NCBI GenBank assembly: GCA_043732705.1
Contig: JAYTHE010000003.1
Coordinates: 10,352-74,351 of the forward strand
Reading direction: 5' to 3'
Source: Candidatus Omnitrophota bacterium
GTDB taxonomy: Bacteria > Omnitrophota > Omnitrophia > Omnitrophales > Aquincolibacteriaceae
DNA length: 64,000 nt
Both the position numbers and the translations under genes were made by a program. Positions 19,744 to 31,900 of the stretch are shown one piece after another; position 1 is the stretch's first letter, and every line of letters begins with the position of its first letter. The notes below the pieces were generated by a model. That model saw only the letters and a list, made by a program, of their open reading frames with translations, was not told the origin of the DNA and did no database searches.

Positions 19744-20045
19744 TGTTTCCTTTTTGAGCTCTGCGCTTTAAGCGCAACCGTTAATGCGAACCTTTTCCTA
19801 ATTATCTGTATTGATGAATTTCGATTGGTTGAAGCCGCGAATTATACAGCAACACATCTCAAGCTCCAAGCATCAAGTTCGAGATACACTCGATTGAATT
19901 AAATAATTTTTATCACCTGAATGTTATATCACGCCTCTTGGAATACGTCCGATAATCATCTAACTTCTAACTAGGAAGCATTCGCGCTCTCTTTCGAGGA
20001 CGCGGATCCGCTTTGGGGGCGGATTAAATTGAGAGGATACACAGT

Positions 20046-20222
20046 ATGAAAACGAATTTGGACACATTGCATCGTCTGATTCGGGTAATTCTAGGTATCG
20101 TTCTGGCGGTTGTTGAATATAAACTCAAAATTCACATGGGGCTTTATTTTGTGGCAGCCCTGCTGGGATTAACGGGGCTTTTTGGTTTTTGCCCGTTGAT
20201 GGGTTTCTTCAAAAAAGATTAA
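20046..20222 (+). CDS. Small membrane protein, DUF2892/YgaP-like (58 aa; not in the ORF track)
   Basis: MKTNLDTLHRLIRVILG...LTGLFGFCPLMGFF matches the family pattern (MK.N...R..R...G...TG..G.CP). GAGGA RBS upstream. Confidence 0.75.
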   Translation: MKTNLDTLHRLIRVILGIVLAVVEYKLKIHMGLYFVAALLGLTGLFGFCPLMGFFKKD

Positions 20223-20241
20223 CAGAGTCAACCCGACAAAA

Positions 20242-20268
20242 TTCCGGAAACGCTTTTTGTTTCCGGAG
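20242..20268. terminator. Probable bidirectional intrinsic terminator between convergent genes
   Basis: tccggaaac...gtttccgga stem flanked by A and T runs. Confidence 0.55.
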
Positions 20269-20391
20269 TTTCCTTTTAAATGAGCACTCAACTTACGGAA
20301 CAGCGTGAACGCAAGTTAAATGTGCGAATTTACACCGGGTGCTTCGCTTCAAGAACCCGGTGTTTAGTCGAAACTGCGAGGTGGTTTTCCA

Positions 20392-22128
20392 TTATCCCGT
20401 TACTACCAAACGAATATCACGCGGCAATTGCTTCGCCAATGAACGAAAAACTTCTCCGCGCAACATATTGACCAACGCGCTTTTTTTCGTGGTGCCAATC
20501 AAAACAGTTTTAATACCCAACTGTTTGGCGGCAGACGCAATTAAACGTCCGGGATTGGGGCCCATTTGCCAAACAGGCACGGCGGTAATCCCCCGCTTTT
20601 CTAATTCTTGCTGCGAACGAATGAGAACTTCGAGCGATTCATGCGAAGGCTCAACTTCTTCCAGCAGCATGGACGTCGCCGGAGCTTCTTCGACATAAGC
20701 CAGATAAACCGTATTCTCTTGTTGAACTTTCGCGCGCAAAGCCACTTCTTCGAGTAAATTGATATTTAAATATTTGAGCGCCACAAGCGTTGATCCATGA
20801 TAAAGGCCTTCAAGTTCAACGGCTTCATCCACAGTCAGCACATTGACCGCGCTCTCGCCAAGCGGAATTGAAATCGCCGGACGTGTCGCAAGTTTTGAAA
20901 TGTGCCTCAACACAAGCCCGCCGCCAATAATGGCTGTCACGAAAAGCAGCGCGTGAATCTTTTCAATGCAAATTGTAATTTCAACAAAAACAAGGACGGC
21001 GGCGGAGACAATTAAAAGCCCGCGCTCCCAAGGCTTGACCGCAAGCTTCATATTCGTCGCGCAAATAATTAAATTTAAACTGATCGCCCCCACCACGCCT
21101 ACAGCATAAAGCGAAGCGAGACCCACCATATCACTTTCAAAAAGCAAAACACCTATCGGAATTGAAACCGCGATTAAAAGCGGCAGCCAGGGCATCCCAA
21201 AACGGTTCAGCTTCGCAAAAACAGCCGGCAACTCCTTATCTTTCGCGAGCGAAAACTGAATATTCACGAGGGCCGTCACCGCGGTGTTGGCTGCGGATAA
21301 AAGTAAAAAACCAAAAACAAATGAAACCACGACACCATACCAAGGTCCGACATAATAATCCGCCAAAGCACGCAGCATATCTTCGGTATGCTCGCCAGGC
21401 AAAAGGCCGGGAATCGCGTTCATCGCTACGCCAAGCAAAAATGTCAAAATGGAAACTTCTAAAAGAACAGGTAAAATCGCGCGGCGCGCGGTTTTTTCAA
21501 CCGGCTGCACCATAATACCCGTCATATTCGCAACCGCCTCAACGCCTGAAAGCGCTAGGACAATTCCGACAAAAGTGCTCCAATTTTTTGGCCAATCATG
21601 CGATGGCATTTCAAAATGAACATGCGGCAGCTGCGGCAGCGTATACACAAATAAAATAATCGCCGCCAGAGACGCAAGCACGGCGATGAAAGCCGCAGCC
21701 CAGCTCGCCTTGCCCGGCCCAATCCAATTCATGAGCCCAACCGCTATAATCGAACCAATCGCCCAAAGTTCAGGATGCGGGAGATTAAAATAGTGGAAGG
21801 CATCGAGCGCGGAAAGCGCGGCTGTTACAACATAATCCGCGACAAGTAAGAGCGCTCCAACCACGGCGAGAATCTGTGAACGGCTTTTTACTGCCGAGTA
21901 AACCCCTCCGCCGTCCGGAAAAAGTTTGCAGATAATCATGTAGCAAACGCCGACTACCGCGGTCAGCGCCGCCATGAGGCCAAGGAAAAACCAGGAAGCA
22001 TGTCCGGAAAGCGCGAACGCGATACCCAGCACATAAGCTTTGCTCGTGCCCCAGTCGCCGTAAAGCAGAGCACCAGCCTGATACCATTTGAGGTCGCGCG
22101 GCCGGTTGACGCGCTTTAAAATCATCAC
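20392..22128 (-). CDS. APC family permease with a C-terminal universal-stress-protein-like domain
   Basis: About 12 TM segments with GDWGTS..Y, PDGGGVY and SGVEAVAN motifs, and a USP-like C-terminus (VLIGT...RG.V). Confidence 0.85.
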   Translation of the reverse strand: MMILKRVNRPRDLKWYQAGALLYGDWGTSKAYVLGIAFALSGHASWFFLGLMAALTAVVGVCYMIICKLFPDGGGVYSAVKSRSQILAVVGALLLVADYVVTAALSALDAFHYFNLPHPELWAIGSIIAVGLMNWIGPGKASWAAAFIAVLASLAAIILFVYTLPQLPHVHFEMPSHDWPKNWSTFVGIVLALSGVEAVANMTGIMVQPVEKTARRAILPVLLEVSILTFLLGVAMNAIPGLLPGEHTEDMLRALADYYVGPWYGVVVSFVFGFLLLSAANTAVTALVNIQFSLAKDKELPAVFAKLNRFGMPWLPLLIAVSIPIGVLLFESDMVGLASLYAVGVVGAISLNLIICATNMKLAVKPWERGLLIVSAAVLVFVEITICIEKIHALLFVTAIIGGGLVLRHISKLATRPAISIPLGESAVNVLTVDEAVELEGLYHGSTLVALKYLNINLLEEVALRAKVQQENTVYLAYVEEAPATSMLLEEVEPSHESLEVLIRSQQELEKRGITAVPVWQMGPNPGRLIASAAKQLGIKTVLIGTTKKSALVNMLRGEVFRSLAKQLPRDIRLVVTG

Positions 22129-22305
22129 AAGCGCGGTCTCTTAGAAAGTCTCTGTGCCGACTGCGTCAGTCCAACCGAAGATCGTGAAGTGTAAAAGATT
22201 GAGAAGTTCATGGATTTAGTCGGATCAATATAGCAGAACGCTTTCACAAATCAACTATCAGATAAATAAGGCGAGACAGGCCGAAAAAGACTATTGAGAA
22301 GGAAC

Positions 22306-22539
22306 TTAACGGCGGCGGCGGGAAAGCAAAGCGGCTTTTCTGAGATACTTCCGGATGAGTTTAACTTTTTTAGGGATCCGGCGTTTGCGCAGAACATTTT
22401 TATTGAAAACAACTTCTTTTTCCAATGAAGTTTTCCGGCCCATTTCCGCGTATTCGCTGACATCATCATGATGCTCTTCGGGACAAGAGTAAAAGCCCCG
22501 CCGAAAAATAGAGGCGTCTGAAAATGTTTCGCGCTTCAA
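22306..22539 (-). CDS. Small hypothetical basic protein
   Basis: TTG start with a GAGGAG RBS and a sigma54-like promoter just upstream. No recognisable domain. Confidence 0.4.
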   Translation of the reverse strand: MKRETFSDASIFRRGFYSCPEEHHDDVSEYAEMGRKTSLEKEVVFNKNVLRKRRIPKKVKLIRKYLRKAALLSRRRR

Positions 22540-22575
22540 AAAAACTCCTCAACTACTTCCCTTAAAACAAGATAA

Positions 22576-22591
22576 TGCACATTGCATGCCA
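22576..22591 (-). promoter_or_regulatory. Putative sigma54 -24/-12 promoter
   Basis: Minus strand reads TGGCATGCAATGTGCA, with GG and GC at the canonical spacing. Confidence 0.5.
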
Positions 22592-22982
22592 AATAAAAAT
22601 ATTTGAATGATTGGAAATTTATTACAGTAGAACATTTAATGCAGGGCAAAATAATGCGGTTGAGTGCTGCGCACTCAGAGCAGGAACGAGCTTGTGGTTG
22701 AGCCTTCAGCTCAGAACTAAAACAAAACAGTCAAGCTGCCTTGCAGCTTGCTACTACACACCGCGCATCATGGCGAAACGTCGCTCGGTGTAAATTCAGC
22801 CATGTAAGTTGCGTGCCAAGCATCTGCTAGTCAAATTTATTCCACTGTGATTGATTTTCGTTGCGGTTGCACTTTAGGCGCAGAGTAAAAATAACACAGT
22901 CAGGCGGTTCCCATCCGCCATCCATCTTCCGGGGAGTAGGGGGTTGGAAGACAGAAAAACGGATGAGAAACCTGATTTAAAA

Positions 22983-25900
22983 TTATGCCTGTGTTGAAAA
23001 TCTCCGTGCTGACATCACAAAGTTTTCAAGCACATCGACAATCGACAAGTTTCTTACCCCTGCAAGCGGCGCACCACGATTGCCGTAAACAACCAAGGCT
23101 TCAGGAGTAGAACCCAGCAATTGCGCCACACGCATGGCCTGCTGTTCAACGCTTAGGCTGTTCATAGCACTGCTTGCGCGGACTTCAACCACCTCATTCG
23201 CATCAATACGTTGATTACCTTTCATAAATCTCACATAAGCATCCAACGGACCAGATTGCGATTGCAGAATCCATTTCGCGTTCACACTGGGCAATTGCTG
23301 TTTAAGCGCAACAACCTTAACTTCACTGTCCTTATCAAAATAGAGCACAAGCTTTTTATTGGGTGAGCTGCTTGCCATGGATTGAATTAAAAGTGCGTCC
23401 GGATTTACAAGCAAAACATACCCCGAAGTTTGCGCAAAACTTGAAGCTCCAAAATCCACACTGGGCAATTGCGCCAACAATTTCTGCAAGCGAGCTGTTT
23501 CTAATTCCGAAGCAACCGACGCGCTTTCGCTTAAAGCCGCGGATAAATCACGAAATTCCGACCGATTCTTTCCGGAATCCCCCTTCTTTTTTTTCTGCGG
23601 AGCTTTGGGCGGAGCTTTTTCATTCCCCGCTACTTTAGTTTGCTTCAATACAGCCAATACCTTACTTACTCGTTCTTGCTTGGGGTTAGTTCCTGAAGGA
23701 AGTTTTGGTCTAACTATTTTCGAACTTCTACCCATATCGGTCCGGCGCCTTTTCCCTATAAGATTTGGACTCTCCACATTCTCGGGCGGCAAGAATTGTC
23801 TCAGCAATTCACCCTCTGCCTCCGCCAACACTTGGAGTTTTTCGGCAATTGTCATGCGCAGAGTACCAAACTTTTGCCGAACCATAACGTCAACACCGTC
23901 ATGTTGAAAACGCGGCGCCAATTCTAATAATTTCAATCCAAACGCTCCCAAATCGCCATTCAACCCGGAGACTCGCGCTTCCAATGCGGCGACCTCTTTT
24001 TCTAAATCTGCGTTCGGCTCAATTTTTCCATCGAACGCCAACTCTTTATTCACACCTTGGCGGAGCTGCTCGGCAAGGTCCTCAGCATCAACTTCAACGT
24101 GTTTAATGACAGCCTTTTTATGAGGCGACAAAGCTGAAATATCAGCTTGTAAAGCACTCAGTTCCTCTATCGTTTTATGATCGGCTTCGCCACTCGTTGA
24201 AATCTTCCCCTCAACAATTTCTTCAGCCCGCGGCGCTAAACTTGTCTCGCTCCATTGCAATAATTCAGCGGCTCCCTGTCCTGTTTTTCGAACAGTGTCC
24301 AATCGCTTTTTCCCTAAACTCACCGCAAGTCTGACATGCGCCATTGAAAAATTACTTTTTCCTTGAACAGAAGCGGCTGGTCCGGAGAGAGCAGCAGGCT
24401 TGCTCAGTTTTAGAATCGCAGTTTGAAGCGCTAACAACTCTTCAACCAATCTCTTTTCGTCCAGATTTGAGGGCTTTAAAATCTCATCATTAATTTGTTC
24501 CGTCAAAGGCAAGAGATCTTGAGACTGCCACGCTATTAATTCAGCAATTCCCTGACCCGATCTTTGCGCTTCAGCCAAACGCGGCTGCCCCATTTTCAAT
24601 GCCAAGCGTACAAGCGTAAAATTTGATTTTAATGGCGGTGTTTTCTGTTTTTTTGCTTGAGCCGCCGGGCGTGAAAACATAAATTCACGGAACGAACTTT
24701 CATCCTGGGTCACCACAGTAAAGGGCAAAGAGCCGTGATAATAATATTCCGGTTCATTCTCATCAAGAACAATGCCTGTAGCTTGAAGAAGTCTTCTGAT
24801 CGCGGCGGCAACCGGGGCGCCAGATTGAGTTGAGGCTGTTGTCGCGGCACGAATTTTACTTGCCGTGCCGAAGAGCCATTTTCCCAAATTGACAAAGGGA
24901 CTCGCGACAGCTCGAAAAATATTATAAGTGGATTTTCTGATTTTACTGGCTACATCAAATGCGGCCACATAAAAAGTGGTAATACGCAGCTGGCCGGCAA
25001 CCGCAAATTCAAAAAATAAAATATGGTCTCGCTGTCTTTCAAAATAATCGGCAGTCAACGTTTCTGCGGCATACAAATTACCGTTTTTCAATTCTGCGCT
25101 CAAAATTTCCCGCACCAATCTGCGCGCCTCTGTGACTTGAGCGTCATAGAACTGATTTTGAAAACGCATATCATCAAACGCTTTTCTGATGCTTTCAGCC
25201 GCTGCATCCGAAATTTTTAAATGTTCTCGAAGCGATTGCACAAACTCCGCGTGTACGGAAACTTCCTTGGCAAGGTCATTGTGAATCACCAAGTTTTTTT
25301 GGCCTGCGAGTCGTTTTCCGGAATCCTGCGTGATGGTCATAATGTTTGGACTAATACGAGCCAAGCCAAACCATCTTTCCAGAAATCGAAATGGCAAGCT
25401 GGCAATTCCATCGGCTTGTTTACCGAACAATTCAGAAGCTTTGGCGCGCTGCCAGAGACCAAGCAGTTTCCCATCAGGAATTGTATTGACCACATGCGAA
25501 GCTGTATTAACCATAGGCGGGCCATAATGTGCCGCTTCGGTATGGCTAAGACGTTGGGCAAAAACACGCACAATACTGGGGGCATCACTAAAAAGCTTGT
25601 TCCAAAACTGCCATATAATACGAATATTTAATGGTGATTCTACCAAAGCGACTCCCGGTAAAGTCTGAGAAACTAGAAGACGGCTGAAATCCGCACGAAA
25701 AATTAATTTAAAAAACCATTTACTAAAGGACCAAACAAAAGCCTGCAACGAATTTGTTTTTATTTGGGCCCAGTTTTGGATCATGGCTTTTAAAATACTT
25801 CTTACTAAACGGTAAGAAAAAACAGCGATATAAGGAACCGCGGCGACCACGATGAAATTAATTGAACCATAGAGAATAGCAGCTAAAAGCGATCCGGGCG

Positions 25901-28900
25901 CAGCAAACCATCCTGAAGGCAGGAAAATATTATCATGCTTGTAATAAACGATGACCGCTCCGACAACCAAAATTAAAAAAGGGTAAAACTTTCCGACAAG
26001 CCATTTAAGAGGACTTTCAAAAATATGGCTGCGCGTTTCATCCATCGAATTTTTAATTTCACGATGACGGCGCTGGTCTTTAAGCGGTTTTCCTTCCGTG
26101 TCGTATCCAACATATTGGCCAAATTCAGAAACTGATTTCAATAATGCGGTGCGGTCCTTCTCAATTTCGCCTTTCGAAGCATCAAAACCAAACGGATGCA
26201 TATCGCCCATTTCAGCCGCCTGCAGCGAAAGAAAGAGAACCAGGTGGGCCATACTGCGATTTTGAACTTGTAAAGCAACAGTAGCAACTTCCGACGGATG
26301 GAAAGAAATATTGTCTTCCCCCGGAAACGGCAAAAATAACCGGTTAACCCACTTCGCATGGAGATGCGATTTTTGCCCCAAAATTCCGGCGAGCACCGTA
26401 TCTTTGTTGGCCATTCCGAACACTCGTCCGCGGCTATACTCGCGCAAATTCATCATCTGCGTTTGATGCCGTAATTGCATTTCAATTTTCTCCATATCCT
26501 TGGCGGCGGCCGCGTCATTGACTGATGCAAACTGCTGGCCCGTCGAAGTCGTAAAAATATAAATCGTATTCTCATCGACATAAAACGAACGGCTGTCATC
26601 CGCTCCCACGCGAATAGGACTGCCGTCTAAATGCTTATTATTGAAAGCCTCTAAAAGAACGTTTCCATCCACAGAAACAGCATCGTAATTCCCGAATTTA
26701 AGCTCCATCAACTTGGTGCCCAAGCGACTAGTGTCTTCACTGTTTTCCACGCCCACAAGCACCATCTTGACGGGCTGAGAATTTTTGGCAGGTTTAACCG
26801 GCAGCACAAAATGGGACTGAACCTCTTCCGCTTTCTTTGCTCTCTTCACTTTTTTTGACGCCCTTTCTGCGTCTCTTTCGTTTTTTTCCACTTGCTCCGC
26901 CAAAATTTTCTTTTGTGCCAAAGCAATTTCGGATTTTAAATTCTTTTGATTCAATTTCCCGGCTTCAAGTTTTTGGCCAATCATACCCACTTGAGCTTTA
27001 ACAAACATGTTCATATCATGAGAGTCCGCAGAAAATTTATTTCCGGGCCCGACAGAAAATTCCATTAACTGTGACTCAATCCATTGTAGCCGCATTAAAT
27101 TCCATAACGCCTCGCCCGAAAGCTGATTTTCGCTTTCCCCTCCCTCACTGACCCAAGAATTGTCGAGCAATTTAAAATGAAAAGCCATTAACCGCAAATT
27201 TTCAGGAATCCAACTGTCCGGATCCAAAATATTATCGGGAATGGTCTGAAGATTAGGATTACCCGTCAGCGGAATAAACCGGCCGGACTGCCGCACCTCC
27301 GCGTCCGTTAACTCTTTGGCGCCGGTTAAATTGATGCCGCGAATTCTAAATTTTCCGTCCGTCCCTTTATCAATCGCAAGAATCTGTCCTTTGGTCTGCT
27401 CCAAATCGTAGCGGCCAGTGTAAGCGGGCTTACCATCCGGTAATTTAACCTGCGCCGCGAGTTTTTCCGAAAGCACCACGTAGCGCTGGCCCGATTCATG
27501 AAACGCAATGCTGAGCGGCTGTAAAAATCCCGCGAAAACAACGCCCGCCGGATCCAAAGTATCCGATGCGACAAAGCCATAAGATCCGCTTCCGCGTTTT
27601 TGTATGATCAAAACCGCAGAGTACAAATCATTCCACGCAAAAACTTCCGTGGCTCGCGCGGCAAAACTTTCAATACGGTCCGCCGGAATTCTTTTCGCAA
27701 AACTGAATTGATTACTCGTCTGGCTTCGTAAAATAAAATCTTTGACCCACCCCTGAATTTGATCCTGGCCAGCCTTAGGATGTCGAGCAATCTGCTGCGA
27801 GAAATGCGCTTCCCATGCCTGCGTAAATTCCGCAATCTGTTTGCGTGTGGGTGCCGCGCGATTAGCGGGATCTTTAGAAAGCTTCCCGTTTTTAAAAGCC
27901 GCTTCAAAAGAACGCCCGGCGGCATCTTGAAAAGCCAAACGAAATGAAGCATGCCACATCCCTTTGGTATGCAGTAAATCGAGTAACCCGGCTAGTTTAG
28001 GCGAGTCACCCAAAGTGGCATTATCAATATCCAGAACACTTTCAAGCCACATACCCTGCTGCGTATGATCCAAACCTTTCAGAGTTCCAATTCCATCCTC
28101 AAAATACGCAAAAAAGTCATTGTCACCGTTCGCGGACGCCAAATTTTGAAAATTTTCCACTCTTTTCGTCTGCCAATTCCCTTCTGAATCCTGGTAGCGG
28201 TAATCGACGGCCATCGGTTTGTCAAAAACAAACGGATGCGTTTCAATAATGGCGGGCCGACTCGAAGTCCCAAAACGGATATGCATGTGAAATGAAACTG
28301 AATCCGCGTTTTTTAAATTTCTAAGGATTTTTTTGATTCCTTTTTGAACTTCGCGACGCCATTCTTCTGACACACTGCGGCGGCGGCCCACAAGAATTTT
28401 AATATCAAGAAGAATGGTTTTACCGTCTTTTGTTTTCAGATAAATGCGGCCGCCTTTTGCCTGTCCGCCGCGCACCTGGGTAATAGCATCAATTTGTTCC
28501 ATAATAAAAAGCTCTTCTGCGAAATAAGCGGATTTTTCATTCGGATCAACATCGCTTAAATCGAGAACTTGATCTTCGTTACCGCAGCAAGCTTTATGCG
28601 GATCGGCGGGAGGAAAAAGTATGTCTTTAAAAAACGACCAAATAATCACAATACCTGCGGAGAAAAATAATACCGGTGATTGAATCCAATGATTCAACAT
28701 AGACGCATTAAAATAATTCTGCCAGTTAGAAACTAATTCCAACGTAGGCACCAACCACAGAGCTTTGATTTCAGGAAAAAGCGTCAACACCGCCCAGCCG
28801 GCAATTCCCGTACTGAAAGCCCAGCCAAACCAACGGATTAAACTCATGCGCCATTTACCAGCGTCTATAAAATGGGTGAAAGCTCCAAGGATGAGCGGCA

Positions 28901-31900
28901 TACCGGGGGTCACTGATGCGATCCAATGCCAGACGCTTTTTCCACCCAGCCAGTTTTTGAGACTCAAATCCGGTTTACCTACCAAGAGCGACATAATCGT
29001 ATGCCCCCACTCATTTAATATAAAAGTACCGGTCCATGCCAAACGGAAAGCCACAATTGCTTTCAGAACAATTAATGAATTTATTCCGAGCAAAAAAATT
29101 ACGCTTAATCCACCGACCATTTCAAACGCCGGCCAAACCCACATTTTCCAGGAATTCCGGGATGAGAAATTGCCGGCAGCGGAGGCTACGGGCGACTCTT
29201 CACGTCTTTTTTCACCAATCAAGTCGTATAACCTATAAAGATATTGAAATAAGCTTCCACCGTTTTGCGGCACAGCCTCTTCATAAATTTGACTTTCAGT
29301 GTCAGTATCAAATTTCGCTTCAATTGCCGCACGGAGAGAATCAACTTCATCAGCCGACCAACCTTCCAAGCCGGCTTGAAGCGATGGAAGCTGTCCCAAA
29401 AAGAGTCCTTTTTCCAATGCTGATGCGGGGATTTGCGCAACTGATGCAGCATTGGTCGATATGCCAATCGGAGCTGTTGTTGTTTTTCTATGAAAAATTT
29501 TAAAATAAATCCATCCAAACATTGTCGTGAGAATCAGCCACGCAGCAACCGGCCAAAAGGCAATCCACGATTTCAGCCGCGGATGATTATTCAAAAAATC
29601 TATTTGATCAATTTTTGAATCGACAAATTTAATTCCCTTTGTTGCCGGGAAATAAATCCACGTATTGTATTTGTCTGAAAAAAATCCTGCAAATTTGCTC
29701 CACCGCGATTCTCCCGGTGACTCCGGCTGAGGATTCGCAACTTTTGCTGCGCTTTGCCTTTCCAATTCCCTTTTCACGAGCTCAGCTTCTAACCGTGCAA
29801 GCTCCGCTGCTTTCTCAGATTTTATTCTTTCGGATTCTTCGAGCTGCCGCGCAGCTACTTGCTTTTGAAGTTCCAATTTTTCGTCAGCCGCAAGCTTTGC
29901 AGCTTCTTCAAGTTTTTTTTGCTGCTCAGCCGCCGCCAATCTTTCGGCTTCTTGCTGATGCTGCATTGCTGTTAGCCTAGCCTGAGTTTCATTCGCCATC
30001 ATTTTTTGGAGCCATCCGCTTGGCTTCGTTTCAGGAGCAACCGCCTCAACCTGCGTGGCTAATTGGGGTACGGCAACACTGGAATGAGAAATTACAGTTG
30101 TTGGCGGCAAACTCAACTTGGGAACCGGAACAAAGTCGAGCGGAAGCGAACTACGGGGTAAGTTTCCCAACTTTGCAAATGCAGACACAGGAATAAGTGG
30201 AAGCTCTTCCGGCGCTGACACGCTCCCCAACATTGTCTGTTCGGACGCTTTTACTGGACTTGAAGCGGCCCTGTTTGGTGAAAGCACGAATGGCGCAACA
30301 TATGTGTTTAAAAATTGCGTTACTGGATTTTGCTTTGCCGGAATTGTTGCGGGCGGCAAAACAAACTGCTGCGCCGCCCTAGAAAAAACTGTCGTTGGAT
30401 TATTTGCAACTACCGGAGCAACCGGTTGAAGCGGGTCAATAAAATCAGCCTGCTTGCCACTGTTTGTCCCATGCACGGCAACGACCCTTTGATTTCCGCG
30501 GGTTTGTGGCATTTTTTTTGACGCAACTTTGGGTGACGCGCTTTTGGTTCTAGAAGCTGTAACTGTCTTTTTTTTCACAGACGCAGATTGAGAGCTAGAT
30601 TTAACTTCCCCACCATTTTCTTTTGCCTGTTCTAATTTTATTCCTGCTCGCAATGACGGCGACACATGCTTAAATTCTCTTGCTCCTATTGGCAAACCCA
30701 GAATCGACTTTCTCACAGTCACTTGAGTTTTACCGCTTACAACCTGATCTTTAACCCTTCCTCTTTGAAAAAAAGATACGCCTAGTTTTTTAAGGCCGGT
30801 TTTAACTTTTTCGGAATTTTTTTCTCTCGCAACTTCGGCAGCGGCCGCCTTGGATTTAGCGGATTCTTTTTTGGGGGCCGCGACAGCAGAAGCGGAAAAC
30901 GCTATCAGACCGGCAAGCGCAAAAAATAAAAATTGAAAATGCCCAAAGACACGTTTAATAAAAGTAGGGCGTCTTTCAATAACCGGCTTTTCAATTTTTT
31001 CGGTCGGTTTTGGCGCACGAACTTCCGAACGAACTAAACCTGTTTCCCTTTCAGATGCGAGCAACCCCGAAGGCAATAAATTTCCAAAACTTGTTCCTTC
31101 GTTTGCTGCAGAAACAGTATTTACAACTGCGGAAGCAAGGTACTGCGGATCCAGCTGGCCGCTTAAACGGAAATCAATATCATCCAAAGTTTGCCAGCCA
31201 TGCCCCGAATGAGCCGAATGTCTTTTCCACCGAAAGTCCGTAACACCCAAACCGGTTGTCAAAGTTACAAGGCCGGTAGCGCCTTGATTTTCCTGACTTT
31301 CAACATGCACATTACTCCATGCTGTTTGGGATGGGACCGTAAGCTCTGAAAAATTCAATTTTTCAAAACTCGTATTTCCGGAAACAAGCGTGGCAAAAGT
31401 AAATAAGCTCAAACCGCCATGCTCAAAGACAGCCTGGGAACCTTGCGGAACATTGTCTCCCAAAGTTGGAAAACTATCGGGAGTCGCTAACTCAAACGGA
31501 ATCCTTTGAGAGCGGCGATTAGCTGCGATAACCGATTGCTTTAAAAATTTTTCAAAAAATCCGCCGTGACCGTCTAACGCACGCTCATAAGCCGCTTTTT
31601 CCGAGACATCTTGTTCACGGCGAATCGCAGGCCGAATCGTCACATACGAAATCGATTGGCTCTTCAAAGCACGTTCGAGGCCGGGAGTATGAAAACCACC
31701 GGCATAAATTAAAACGGGTTTTGAACCGGCAATTTTTAAAATTTTTTGGGTATTTGCGGCAAGCTGTGCATCACGCTTTAATGCCAACACATAAAACTCA
31801 AGCCAAGGAGCCCAAGTATTTGCGTCAAAAAGCGCTTGCCATTTTTGATCCGTGGTTTCCACGCGATAATGCTTCGAAAGTTCCAAAACTTTGGAAAGAG

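Noticed and set aside
22803-22818. Possible third sigma54 promoter (TGGCACGCAACTTACA, minus strand)
   Set aside because: The -24 box is perfect but the -12 GC is replaced by AC, so it is not called.
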